Positions 1 to 8,438 of a stretch of 49,149 bases of DNA are shown here, piece after piece. The notes beneath the pieces were generated by a model. That model ran no database searches. It had not been told where the DNA came from and was given only the letters and a program-made list of their open reading frames with translations. Numbering within the stretch: the stretch's first letter is position 1; each line of letters opens with the position of its first letter. Source of the DNA: Acidimicrobiia bacterium (GTDB lineage: Bacteria; Actinomycetota; Acidimicrobiia; Spongiisociales; CAZKJJ01); assembly GCA_046759765.1 (NCBI GenBank), contig JBHICV010000002.1, positions 1 through 49,149 on the forward strand, read 5' to 3'. The position numbers and the translations under genes were made by a program.

Positions 1-1124
1 AATCCGAACTCGTGCGCAGTTACCTCGAGGATGTCTTCGGCGGTGACCTCCCGAGGCCCTGCGTCGGGGGAGAGGTCGCGGAGGACCTCCTGGGCCATTT
101 CCAGAGTGACCGCCTGATTGGTGAGGGTCGCGTACGCACTCACGCGGGTAAGGGCACCTTCCAGCTCGCGGATGTTCTCCTTGATGCTGACCGCGATGAA
201 CCGGAGCACCTCCTCCGAGACCGGATGCGAGAACCTCTCAACGTTCTTTCGCAGAATGGCGAGGCGGGTCTCCACGTCGGGCGGCTGAATGTCGGTGAGC
301 AGACCCCACTCGAATCGGCTGCGTAGACGGTCTTCGAGACTCGAGAGGTGCTTGGGCGCCCGGTCTGCGGTGATCACCATCTGTTTGCCGGACTCGTGCA
401 GGTCGTTGAAGGTGTGGAAGAACTCCTCGAGGATCTGCTCCTTGCCCTCGAAGAACTGGACATCATCGAGAAGCAAGACATCCGTCGTTCGGTATCGGGA
501 CTTGAAACCGTCCATCCGCTTGCGGCGGATTCCTTCGATGAACTCGTTGAAGAAGTTCTCGGATGAGATATACCGGACGTACCTACCCGGGATCAGCTCC
601 AGGTAGTGGTGGCCGACGGCATGAAGCAAGTGGGTCTTTCCCAGGCCGGCACCTCCATACACGAACAGCGGGTTGTAGTGAGTGGCGGGTTGTTCGGCGA
701 CCGCCATCGCAGCCGCGTGGGCGAAACGGTTGGAGGGGCCCACGACGAAGTTGTCGAACGTGTATTTGGGGCTGAGGCGATGATCGCCCTGGGAGCTCCT
801 GGGCGGGGTCTCGACGACCTTCTCGTCGTCTTCGGTCTCGTCCGGCGAGGTGGTCTCGGCCTCTGGTACCCCAACGCGAGCCTCAAGCACGACGTCAGTG
901 CCCGGACCATAAACCTGAGCGGCTGATTCCGACAGGACGTCGATATGTTTTTCACTTATCCAACGAGCATGAAACTCAGTAGGCGCTACTACACGTAGCG
1001 CTTCACCGCGGCGGTCGCCGCCCTCGAGTGCGTCGAGCCAGTGCTGCCAAGTCGACGAGGAAACTTTTGACTTCACTTCCTGGCGAAAGAGGGTCCACTC
1101 GCCCGCCTGGTCACCTGAGGCCAC
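1..1124 (-). CDS. dnaA: Chromosomal replication initiator DnaA, partial (C-terminal part lies beyond the left edge)
   Basis: Hand translation of the minus strand from GTG at 1124 (GGAGG a few nt upstream) gives MASGDQAGEWTLFRQEVKSKVSSSTWQHWLDALE... It continues through the Walker A GGAGLGKTHLLHAVG, LLLDDVQFFEGKEQ, RLRSRFEWGLLTDIQPPDVETRLAIL and IRELEGALTRV. The frame stays open to position 1, so it is missing from the ORF track. Confidence 0.93.
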   Translation of the reverse strand, partial: MASGDQAGEWTLFRQEVKSKVSSSTWQHWLDALEGGDRRGEALRVVAPTEFHARWISEKHIDVLSESAAQVYGPGTDVVLEARVGVPEAETTSPDETEDDEKVVETPPRSSQGDHRLSPKYTFDNFVVGPSNRFAHAAAMAVAEQPATHYNPLFVYGGAGLGKTHLLHAVGHHYLELIPGRYVRYISSENFFNEFIEGIRRKRMDGFKSRYRTTDVLLLDDVQFFEGKEQILEEFFHTFNDLHESGKQMVITADRAPKHLSSLEDRLRSRFEWGLLTDIQPPDVETRLAILRKNVERFSHPVSEEVLRFIAVSIKENIRELEGALTRVSAYATLTNQAVTLEMAQEVLRDLSPDAGPREVTAEDILEVTAHEFG

Positions 1125-1163
1125 CGGCCCTCCGCTTCTCCCTATCGTCCTGTACCGGAGCGC

Positions 1164-1193
1164 TTTCCACAGGTCTGTCCACAGTGTGTGGAG
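1164..1193. promoter_or_regulatory. Cluster of three DnaA-box-like 9-mers upstream of dnaA
   Basis: TTTCCACAG (1164-1172), CTGTCCACA (1175-1183) and TGTGTGGAG (1185-1193, reverse complement CTCCACACA). All share the TCCACA core of the actinobacterial TTGTCCACA box and lie 40-70 nt upstream of the dnaA GTG. Confidence 0.5.
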
Positions 1194-1421
1194 AACCTCC
1201 CGACTGCTGGCGACGGGTATGTAGTCTGCGCCGGCTCGTCTAGAGGGAAGTGGCCGAGGCGGCAACCTCGGCGCGGGCGAGTATATGAGTGCACCTAACT
1301 CGCCTCAAGATCGCCAAAATCCGGCCTACGGACTTCTTCGACCGCGCCGTGATGTGCAAAGGGCCTGGTAGGAGAGCCTCGAGGTGCTGGCGGCGGGCCA
1401 AAGAGGTGCACCCAACCTAAC

Positions 1422-1444
1422 GAAAGCCCCGCGGGGAGCTTTTC
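1422..1444 (+). terminator. Terminator-like GC hairpin with flanking A and T runs inside the dnaA-rpmH spacer
   Basis: GAAAGCCCCGCGGGGAGCTTTTC: a palindromic CCCCGCGGGG core, AAA on the 5' side and TTTT on the 3' side. Confidence 0.25.
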
Positions 1445-1504
1445 GCGTCCTAACCAAATTTGTCGCGGCTCAGTTATCCTTTCACGACGAGCCCGGATGC
1501 GTCT

Positions 1505-1533
1505 TTGCAAAAGGCCCTGAGAGCCCGTAGCCT
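1505..1533 (+). promoter_or_regulatory. Putative rpmH promoter
   Basis: TTGCAA (1505-1510), a 17-nt spacer, then TAGCCT (1528-1533, TANNNT type). A GGAG SD follows at 1545-1548 and the ATG is at 1558. Confidence 0.35.
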
Positions 1534-1557
1534 CGGCGCGTTTTCGGAGTCGATGGG

Positions 1558-1692
1558 ATGAAACGCACATATCAGCCCAAGGTCCGGCGCCGTAAGAGAA
1601 AGCACGGGTTTCGCGCCCGGATGAGGACGCGCGCCGGAAGGGCCACGATTGCACGTCGTCGTTCGAAGGGACGCCGCCGCCTCGCGGTGTGA
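1558..1692 (+). CDS. rpmH: 50S ribosomal protein L34
   Basis: Hand translation gives [44 protein letters not shown] (44 aa), a canonical L34. It is too short for the ORF track. Confidence 0.95.
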   Translation: MKRTYQPKVRRRKRKHGFRARMRTRAGRATIARRRSKGRRRLAV

Positions 1693-2003
1693 CCGCGTCC
1701 TTTGTGACGCTCAGAAAGCAGGCGGACTTCGATCGAGTCTTCCGAGCAGGCCAGCGAATACGCTGTGGTGAGATCTCGGTCGTCCGATGCCCTGGATCGG
1801 TGTCTGCAGCAAGGCTCGGCTTTGTGGCCCCCCGCCGAGTGGGCAACGCCGTAGAGCGCAACCGTGTGAAGCGACGACTCCGGGAGGCAGCGAGAATGGT
1901 GAGCTGGGAACAAGGCTACGACTACGTAATCATTGGTTCCCGCGAGGCTAAGGAGGCACCCTTTGCGGTGCTGGTGAAATGGCTGACAAGAGCAACTTCG
2001 TGA
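1689..2003 (+). CDS. rnpA: Ribonuclease P protein component
   Basis: GTG start overlaps the rpmH stop (GTGTGA). The basic RNR-like motif [14 protein letters not shown] is present, and the gene sits in the conserved rpmH-rnpA position. Confidence 0.9.
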   Translation: MTASFVTLRKQADFDRVFRAGQRIRCGEISVVRCPGSVSAARLGFVAPRRVGNAVERNRVKRRLREAARMVSWEQGYDYVIIGSREAKEAPFAVLVKWLTRATS

Positions 2004-2251
2004 TCGAACCGCCTCGCACCGTGCCGGCGGCGGCGGCGCAACGCATGATCAGGATTTACCAAAAATTGGTATCACCGGGCCTGGCCAAGAATTGCCGCTA
2101 TCAGCCCACCTGCTCTCAATACGCCTATCAGGCCGTCGGCCGATTCGGCTTGGGGCGGGGTGGATTGCTTGCCCTGGCGCGATTGGGAAGGTGCCATCCG
2201 TTCCGCGAGGGCGGATACGACCCTGTGCCACGTAGCGAGGAGCTCGCCTGA
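1979..2251 (+). CDS. yidD: Membrane protein insertion efficiency factor YidD
   Basis: [37 protein letters not shown]...RCHPF signature. An alternative GTG start at 2000 overlaps the rnpA stop. Confidence 0.88.
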   Translation: MADKSNFVIEPPRTVPAAAAQRMIRIYQKLVSPGLAKNCRYQPTCSQYAYQAVGRFGLGRGGLLALARLGRCHPFREGGYDPVPRSEELA

Positions 2252-3072
2252 TGGGCTTCCTAGATCCAATCAGTGAGGTACTGGGAACGATTCTGGCGGC
2301 CGTCTACAGCTTTGTACCGAGTTTCGGGATCTCGATCATCATCCTGACGGTCATCGTGATGATCATCACGTTCCCTCTGACCCTTAGGCAGACCCGGTCT
2401 TCACGGGCGATGCAGGAGATCCAACCCCAGATAAAACAGCTCCAGAAGAAGCACAAGGACGAGCCCGAGAAGCTGCAAAAAGAAATGCTGGCGCTCTACA
2501 AGGAGAAGGGCGTTAACCCGGCCGGCTGCCTCTTTCCAATGCTGATCCAGATGCCGATTTGGTTTGCGCTGTTCCAGCTCCTGAGGATGCCAGAGGACTA
2601 TCTCGATCCCAGCACCGAGCTAGCTCAGAGCATTGGGGCTGGTGATACGGGCTTCCTAGGCGTGGACCTGACGGAGAGTGCGTCGATGGTCATCAGCGCC
2701 GGTGGCGGGGTGTTGGGCGTATTTCCCTACGTAGTAATGGCGGTGTTGATGGTGGGGAGCCAGTTCATCCAACAGAGGCAGATGACTCCTCCCTCAGCAG
2801 GGCAGGATAGGCAGGCTCGGCAGATGCAAAATATCATGAAGTTCCTGCCGATCCTGTTCGGCTACTTTGCTTTCATCATGCCGGCCGGGCTCGTGCTGTA
2901 TTGGGTTACCAGCAACCTCTTCCGTATCGGGCAGGGGCAAATCATTATCAAAATGGAAGGGAAGCCCGGCCAACCTCCCGCCGAGAAAGCAGAGCGGGAG
3001 AGGGAACCGAACCCTAAACCGAAGAAACCGCAGGGATCGACCAAAAAGCGCAATCGCCGCAGGAGGAAGTGA
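2251..3072 (+). CDS. yidC: YidC/Oxa1-family membrane protein insertase (short type, basic C-tail)
   Basis: Multi-TM protein with PLTLRQTRSSRAMQEIQPQIKQLQKKHKDEPEKLQKEMLALYKEKGVNP and PAGLVLYWVTSNLF motifs. ATG overlaps the yidD stop. Confidence 0.93.
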   Translation: MGFLDPISEVLGTILAAVYSFVPSFGISIIILTVIVMIITFPLTLRQTRSSRAMQEIQPQIKQLQKKHKDEPEKLQKEMLALYKEKGVNPAGCLFPMLIQMPIWFALFQLLRMPEDYLDPSTELAQSIGAGDTGFLGVDLTESASMVISAGGGVLGVFPYVVMAVLMVGSQFIQQRQMTPPSAGQDRQARQMQNIMKFLPILFGYFAFIMPAGLVLYWVTSNLFRIGQGQIIIKMEGKPGQPPAEKAEREREPNPKPKKPQGSTKKRNRRRRK

Positions 3073-3863
3073 CGGTGGAGTGGGTAGAGGTTAAGGGCCG
3101 CACCGTGGAAGTGGCGGTGGACGCGGCTCTGAAGGAGCTCGGTCTGGACCGAGAGCGCGCCGACATCGAGGTGATTCAGGAGGCAGAGAAGGGCTTCTTG
3201 GGGATTGGCTCCCAGTACGCCATAGTGCGAGTCAAACCCAAGCCACGCCGGAGGAGGCGACGGGGTTCCCAGCGGGACCGAGACCAAAAGAAGCCCCGAC
3301 AGAAGAGGAGCCCGCCCGCCGAGGGCAAAGAGCCCAGAAAGCCAAAGAAGGCGCGCCCGAAGACTGAGAGCAAGAAGGAGGAGGCCGTCGTGACTGAGGT
3401 TGATCCACAGGAGCAAGCCCAGGTCGTGGAGGGCTTTCTCGCGGGCCTTCTCGAAGCGCTCGGGCTCGAGGGCGACGTCAAGACGGAGACCGAGGATGAC
3501 ATCGTCAAGGCGGACGTGCAGGGAGAGCAGACGGAGGCCCTGATCGGGCCGCGGGGATCGATCATGCAGGCGGTACATGAGCTCACCCGGACGGTGGTGC
3601 AGAGGCGCACCAAGCATCCCGTTCGCCTTCGCCTCGATATCGCCGGGTACGTGCAGCGCCGCCGCGAAGCTCTCGCCATCTACGCCGGTCGGCTGGCGGA
3701 GCAGGTGCAGGAGGACGGCCAGGAGATCATGCTCGAGCCCATGAACGCCGCCGATCGGAAGGTGATTCACGACGCCGTTTCCGACATTGAGGGCGTCCGC
3801 ACCTACTCGGAGGGGGAGGAGCCGCACCGATCCGTGATACTTGCTCCCGACGACTCGGACTGA
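3069..3863 (+). CDS. jag: Jag/KhpB-type RNA-binding protein (Jag-N, KH, R3H) with a long Lys/Arg/Pro-rich linker
   Basis: GTGA overlap with yidC. N-terminus VEVKGRTVEVAVDAALKELG, C-terminus EPMNAADRKVIHDAV (R3H-like), in the conserved position after yidC. Confidence 0.85.
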   Translation: MTVEWVEVKGRTVEVAVDAALKELGLDRERADIEVIQEAEKGFLGIGSQYAIVRVKPKPRRRRRRGSQRDRDQKKPRQKRSPPAEGKEPRKPKKARPKTESKKEEAVVTEVDPQEQAQVVEGFLAGLLEALGLEGDVKTETEDDIVKADVQGEQTEALIGPRGSIMQAVHELTRTVVQRRTKHPVRLRLDIAGYVQRRREALAIYAGRLAEQVQEDGQEIMLEPMNAADRKVIHDAVSDIEGVRTYSEGEEPHRSVILAPDDSD

Positions 3864-3871
3864 TTCCGCTT

Positions 3872-3887
3872 CGTTTCACGTGAAACA
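3872..3887. promoter_or_regulatory. parS: parS centromere-like site
   Basis: CGTTTCACGTGAAACA matches the palindromic parS consensus TGTTTCACGTGAAACA at 15 of 16 positions. It lies about 640 nt upstream of parA. Confidence 0.7.
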
Positions 3888-4518
3888 CAAGGAAGGCCCC
3901 GAACAGGCGGTTGCCGCCGCCAGGTGGAGTGGCTGGGCTTTGGACGAAAAGCAGATCCGGAACCTGGAAGAGTTTGCCGCCTGGCTGCGGGAGGAAGCGC
4001 TACCAGCCGGTCTAATCGGGCCCCAGGAGGAGAAACGCCTCTGGGGAAGGCATATTGCCGACTCCCTGGTGTTTGCGGTGGGTTGGAAGACAGTGCCGGG
4101 GACGGTCACCGACGTCGGAACAGGGGCCGGTTTACCGGGTGTACCGCTGGCGGTCCTGTGGCCGGAGTGTCGCGTGGTGCTGGTCGAGCGCTCGCAGAGG
4201 CGCGCCGATCTCGTCTCGCGCTTGATTCGCATTCTCAGCCTCGGCAATCTCGAGGTACGGGTGGCGGAAGCCGACCAGCTAGAAGCGTCCGCCGGGATGG
4301 TCATGAGGGCCGTTCTGCGACCGCAGCAGGCGGTGGAGCTCTGCGGTCGCCTGCTACTTCCGGCCGGAAGGGCCGTCCTCGGCTGGCCCAAAGGGGTGAC
4401 GTTGGGAGATGCCCGCGCCTGGTGCGGGAAGCGAGACCTCCGTCTCACGCGCCGTGAGGTTCCAGCCTCGATTCTTGACGAGTCCCCTTCGGTTCTTATC
4501 ATTGCCGCTCGTGGATGA
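3880..4518 (+). CDS. rsmG: 16S rRNA (guanine527-N7)-methyltransferase RsmG/GidB
   Basis: GRHIADSL...DVGTGAGLPGVPLAV SAM-binding motif, in the conserved position between jag and parA. The start is uncertain: the ORF opens at 3841, there is a GTG at 3880 inside parS, and a downstream TTG is also possible. Confidence 0.82.
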   Translation: MKHKEGPEQAVAAARWSGWALDEKQIRNLEEFAAWLREEALPAGLIGPQEEKRLWGRHIADSLVFAVGWKTVPGTVTDVGTGAGLPGVPLAVLWPECRVVLVERSQRRADLVSRLIRILSLGNLEVRVAEADQLEASAGMVMRAVLRPQQAVELCGRLLLPAGRAVLGWPKGVTLGDARAWCGKRDLRLTRREVPASILDESPSVLIIAARG

Positions 4519-5296
4519 GGAACACCTCACCCGGGTGGTCGCGGTTGCTAACCAGAAGGGCGGAGTTGGTAAGTCAACGACGGCCATCAACCTGAGCGCG
4601 GCGCTGGCGTTTCAAGGTGAACGCCTCCTCGTAGTCGATCTCGACCCGCAGGGAAACGCCACTTCGGGCTTCGGTATCGAGCGGGCGGTGCTCAGCAGCT
4701 CGGTCTACGACGTGCTCCTGGGCGACATCCCGCCGGAAGATGTGATTGAGCCAACCAGCATCCGCAATCTTCATGTCTTGCCGGCCACCATCGACCTGGC
4801 CGGAGCCGAGATTGAACTGGTTTCGGTGATGTCCCGGGAGTCACGACTGGACGGCGCTCTCAAGGCACTCGAAGGGGAATACGACTTCGTGCTGATCGAT
4901 TGTCCCCCGTCGTTGGGCCTGCTCACCGTCAATGCGCTCGCCGCCGCCGGCGAGGTTCTCATTCCCATCCAGTGCGAGTACTACGCCCTCGAGGGCTTGA
5001 CCCAACTACTCCGCAACATTGAACTCGTTCGTGTCAATCTCAATCCGGTCTTGAAAGTCAACGGGGTCGTGCTCACCATGTACGACGCCCGAACCAACCT
5101 CTCGGCCGACGTTGCTGCGCAAGTACGAGCACACTTCGGCGATACCACCTACCGGGCTGTGATCCCGAGATCAGTAAGACTCTCGGAGGCGCCTTCGTAC
5201 GGTGAGCCCATTGAGGCCTTCGACCCCATGAGTCGCGGAGCGATCGCCTACCGCGAGGTCGGACGAGAGTTCCGTCGTCGACACGGCCGAGTCTGA
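4511..5296 (+). CDS. parA: Chromosome partitioning ATPase ParA/Soj
   Basis: Deviant Walker A VANQKGGVGKSTT. The GTG at 4511 overlaps the rsmG stop. The upstream part of ORF 4409-5296 overlaps rsmG and is rejected. Confidence 0.92.
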   Translation: MDEEHLTRVVAVANQKGGVGKSTTAINLSAALAFQGERLLVVDLDPQGNATSGFGIERAVLSSSVYDVLLGDIPPEDVIEPTSIRNLHVLPATIDLAGAEIELVSVMSRESRLDGALKALEGEYDFVLIDCPPSLGLLTVNALAAAGEVLIPIQCEYYALEGLTQLLRNIELVRVNLNPVLKVNGVVLTMYDARTNLSADVAAQVRAHFGDTTYRAVIPRSVRLSEAPSYGEPIEAFDPMSRGAIAYREVGREFRRRHGRV

Positions 5297-5304
5297 GGAG
5301 AGAC

Positions 5305-6159
5305 ATGACAACACGCAGAGCCGGTCTGGGTAGGGGCCTCGAAGCCCTGATACCCGTGCGAGAGGACCGCGGTACGGGGTTTGCCATGATCCCTATCGAT
5401 GAGATCACCCCCAATCCCTCTCAGCCACGCAGCAACTTCGACAAGGAGAGTCTCGCCGGCCTGGCTCAATCAATCTCGCAGGTAGGAATCCTCCAGCCAA
5501 TCATCGTCCGTCCGGGTGATCCGGGCTACGTGCTCGTAGCGGGCGAGCGTCGGTGGCGCGCGGCCCGCACCGCCGGACTCGGGGAGATCCCGGCCATCAT
5601 CCGAGCCGACGATGAGGGGACAGCACTGACCGAGGCTCTGATCGAGAATGTCCAGCGCGAAGATCTGAATCCTCTGGAGGAGGCAGGCGGCTACCGTCAG
5701 CTCCTGGAAGATTTTGGAATGACTCACGAGCAAGTGGCGGACAGGGTGGGAAAGAGCCGGTCCGCGGTCTCGAACACGCTTCGCCTACTGGGCCTACCGC
5801 CGGAGATCCAAGGAATGCTGGCGCGCGGAGAGCTGACCGCCGGCCACGCCCGTGCTTTGTTGGGCGCCGAAGATGCGGCGTATGCGGAGCACATTGCCCG
5901 TCGGGCTGCTGCGGAGGGGTGGTCAGTCCGTCAGGTTGAGACGGCCGTGAGGGCCAGGTCGGAGACTCGGGAGGTAAAGCAGAAGGATCTGGACACGGCG
6001 CGCCCGGCTGCGATTATCGAACTCGAGGAGAGGCTGGCGGAGCGCCTAGGCGCGCCGGTCAAGATCGAGTATCGAGGTAGGAAGGGCCGGGTCGTCATCC
6101 GGTATGGGTCTCTAGATGACCTCGAGCGGATCTATCGAACGCTGTTTTCCAGTCCGTAG
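5305..6159 (+). CDS. parB: Chromosome partitioning protein ParB/Spo0J
   Basis: GLGRGLEALIP, the GERRWRAA arginine patch and an HTH (THEQVADRVGKSRSAVSNTLRLL). Confidence 0.93.
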   Translation: MTTRRAGLGRGLEALIPVREDRGTGFAMIPIDEITPNPSQPRSNFDKESLAGLAQSISQVGILQPIIVRPGDPGYVLVAGERRWRAARTAGLGEIPAIIRADDEGTALTEALIENVQREDLNPLEEAGGYRQLLEDFGMTHEQVADRVGKSRSAVSNTLRLLGLPPEIQGMLARGELTAGHARALLGAEDAAYAEHIARRAAAEGWSVRQVETAVRARSETREVKQKDLDTARPAAIIELEERLAERLGAPVKIEYRGRKGRVVIRYGSLDDLERIYRTLFSSP

Positions 6160-7112
6160 TCCGTGTTGAAGAAGGACACGATTCCGGCAACGAGGGTGGT
6201 GCCGATGGCCGCATCCAGGTTCTTGAGGCACAGAACCGCGGCGGGTGCTCTGGTCTCCTTGAGAATCACAGTCGCTCGCCCCTCGGTTGGGATTCTCATC
6301 TGGTCGGCGATAGCGCCGGCTAAAGCGGCACCAGCCTCGCTGTAGCTGAGGGCTGACGCAAAGAAGAAGACGCCTTCCGCCTGGTCACGGGGCACTTCCA
6401 CTGATACGACGACATCTACTCCTGCCCGGTTAGCTCGCCGCGCTCTGATGCGGGGAGGTAATGGTGTGTCCGCGCTGCGGGAGAGCAGCGGGGCCGCGCC
6501 AAGGGCTTGAAGTCGGTGCGCCGCCTGCGAGGCAACTTCCCACGTCTGTGCCGTCTCTTCGACATCGACACAGGCGGGGTCCAGGAAAATTCTGGTACCT
6601 ACTAGAGAGCGAGGAAGCGAACGGAGCCATTCCCTCTCGCGCAACTCGACACGGCCTGCCTTGCGCGTGGCTCGGACGATGCCCCGGAGTTCGGAGATCA
6701 CCTCGGGTCCGGCGATACCGTCGGTGGCCATTCCGCGGTTGCGCTGGAAGTCGAGTACCGCGCTGGCAGTGTCGCCTCCGAATATCCCGTCGATGTTGCC
6801 TGCGTCAAAGCCAAGCGCGTTTAGCTGGCGTTGGAGCTCTCCGACGTCCTCGCCTCGTATCATCGGCCTTCGCAGGTACAGAAGGCGGTCTCCGAGGTGA
6901 TAGCTCGCCTCCACGAGTGCCCGCCATGTATCCGGACCCACGATCCCATCTTGAGCCAAGCCTCGGCTCCGCTGAAACGAGGTCACGGCGTCGGCCGTGG
7001 CGCCTCCGAACACCCCTGCCTCGTCGGGAGCGTATGGGAGTTGCAGACTGGCGAGGCGTTCCTGGATATCTCGGACCGGACTGCCCGTGTCGCCCTGTCG
7101 ATAGAGCCGCAT
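6132..7112 (-). CDS. CwlM-like protein: two PG_binding_1 repeats plus a degenerate amidase_3 domain
   Basis: Two repeats of the DG(I/V)xGxxT type (SFQRSRGLAQDGIVGPDTW and DFQRNRGMATDGIAGPEV). The C-terminal amidase_3-like region has FLDPACVD and VVSVEVPRD where catalytic amidases carry DPGHGG and SxHxN. Position next to trxA-trxB matches Mycobacterium cwlM. Confidence 0.78.
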   Translation of the reverse strand: MRLYRQGDTGSPVRDIQERLASLQLPYAPDEAGVFGGATADAVTSFQRSRGLAQDGIVGPDTWRALVEASYHLGDRLLYLRRPMIRGEDVGELQRQLNALGFDAGNIDGIFGGDTASAVLDFQRNRGMATDGIAGPEVISELRGIVRATRKAGRVELREREWLRSLPRSLVGTRIFLDPACVDVEETAQTWEVASQAAHRLQALGAAPLLSRSADTPLPPRIRARRANRAGVDVVVSVEVPRDQAEGVFFFASALSYSEAGAALAGAIADQMRIPTEGRATVILKETRAPAAVLCLKNLDAAIGTTLVAGIVSFFNTDYGLENSVR

Positions 7113-7132
7113 TGGGCCCTATCGTCCCATAT

Positions 7133-7459
7133 CTAGTTGAGGAACTCCTGAAGTTCAGACACCAGGTTGTGCTTGGGACGGGCTCCGACCACCCTCTTCT
7201 TCTCGACGCCGTTCTGGAAGACGATCATCGTTGGGATGCTGAAAACCTCGTAATTTGCGGCTGATCGCGGGTTGTCGTCGACGTTCAGCTTGGCTATGGA
7301 GATCTTGTCGGAGTACTCGTCGGCGATCTCCTCCAGCACTGGGGCGACCATTCGGCAAGGTCCACACCACTCAGCCCAGAAGTCGACGAGAACAGGCTGA
7401 TCGGCTGCGACTGCCTCGGTGAAGTTTTGATCGCTCAGATGCTGAACGTTGGCGGCCAT
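7133..7459 (-). CDS. trxA: Thioredoxin
   Basis: WAEWCGPC active site. ATG at 7459 is preceded by AAGGAG. The longer ORF up to 7531 overlaps trxB and is rejected. Confidence 0.92.
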   Translation of the reverse strand: MAANVQHLSDQNFTEAVAADQPVLVDFWAEWCGPCRMVAPVLEEIADEYSDKISIAKLNVDDNPRSAANYEVFSIPTMIVFQNGVEKKRVVGARPKHNLVSELQEFLN

Positions 7460-7520
7460 TTCTTCTCCTTCGGTGAATCGGTTCAAATGAACGCGTCGGG
7501 CGGCCCGTTGATTCCCATCG

Positions 7521-8438
7521 TCAATGGGCAAGCCAACGTTCGGCGTCCATCGCGGCCTGACATCCGCTTCCGGCGGCCGTGACAGCTTGGCGGTAGACGG
7601 AATCGGCTACGTCGCCCGCGGCAAAGACGCCCTCGACGGAGGTATAAGTGGAGCCGTCTCCCGCCAGAACGACGTAGCCCTTCTCGTCGAGGTCGATCTG
7701 ACCCCGAAAGAGCTCAGTGTTCGGTCGGTGGCCGATGGCAACGAACACCCCATCGATCGGAACCTCGGTGGTTTCTTCGGTCTGGACGTTGCGTAAGCGG
7801 ACGGCGGTCACGGTTTCCGGACCGATGATCTCGGTAAGGACACTGTTCCAGATGACGTCGATGTTTGGATGATCCAACGCCCGGGTGGCCATGATCTTGG
7901 AAGCTCGGAATTCGTCCCTTCGATGCACGATCGTCACATGCTCGGCGAACTTGGTGAGAAAGAGCGCCTCCTCCATGGCGGAGTCGCCTCCTCCCACGAC
8001 GATCAGACGCTTGCCCTTAAAGAAGAATCCGTCGCACGTGGCACAGGCGCTTACTCCCCGGCCGCGTAGCTGCTCCTCACCCGGAATGTCGAGCCATAGT
8101 GCCGCGGCTCCCGTAGCAAGAATTACAGATGCGGCCTCGTACTCGTCTGCGCCGGTCCATACCCTGAACGGTCGAGTCGAGAAGTCGACGCGCGTCACTT
8201 CACTGGTCACGATGCGAGTTCCGAATCGCTCCGCTTGCTTGCGGAAGCTGTTCATCAGCTCCGGACCCATGATGGCGTCAGGAAAGCCCGGATAGTTCTC
8301 CACGTCGGTCGTGAGCATGAGTTGTCCGCCGGCTTCGTAGCCCTCGATGAGGATGGGACTGAGCTCGGCCCGGGCGGCATAGAGCGCCGCGGTCAATCCC
8401 GCCGGACCCGAGCCGATAATTAGGACCTTTTCAGACAT
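7521..8438 (-). CDS. trxB: Thioredoxin-disulfide reductase
   Basis: IIGSGPAGLTAALYAARA FAD motif, CATCDG redox centre and GGGDSAMEEA NADPH motif. Confidence 0.95.
   Translation of the reverse strand: MSEKVLIIGSGPAGLTAALYAARAELSPILIEGYEAGGQLMLTTDVENYPGFPDAIMGPELMNSFRKQAERFGTRIVTSEVTRVDFSTRPFRVWTGADEYEAASVILATGAAALWLDIPGEEQLRGRGVSACATCDGFFFKGKRLIVVGGGDSAMEEALFLTKFAEHVTIVHRRDEFRASKIMATRALDHPNIDVIWNSVLTEIIGPETVTAVRLRNVQTEETTEVPIDGVFVAIGHRPNTELFRGQIDLDEKGYVVLAGDGSTYTSVEGVFAAGDVADSVYRQAVTAAGSGCQAAMDAERWLAH

Noticed and set aside
593-955. Listed ORFs on both strands across 12-955 (for example 593-955 minus, 606-926 plus)
   Set aside because: They are shadow frames of dnaA. The real dnaA frame has no stop inside the window, so it was not listed. 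The listed ones are low-complexity Arg/Pro/Ser-rich.
1285-1371. 28-codon ORF (MSAPNSPQDRQNPAYGLLRPRRDVQRAW) in the dnaA-rpmH spacer
   Set aside because: It has no convincing SD, no recognisable family and a composition unlike a real small protein. It is kept only as part of the possible-transcript observation.
2862-3827. 321-aa minus-strand ORF antisense to yidC/jag. Similar long antisense ORFs occur at 26403-27020, 29772-30470, 35882-36580 and 47257-48210.
   Set aside because: Each lies opposite a gene with strong family motifs and has no recognisable motifs of its own. Their composition is that expected from high-GC third-position bias on the opposite strand.
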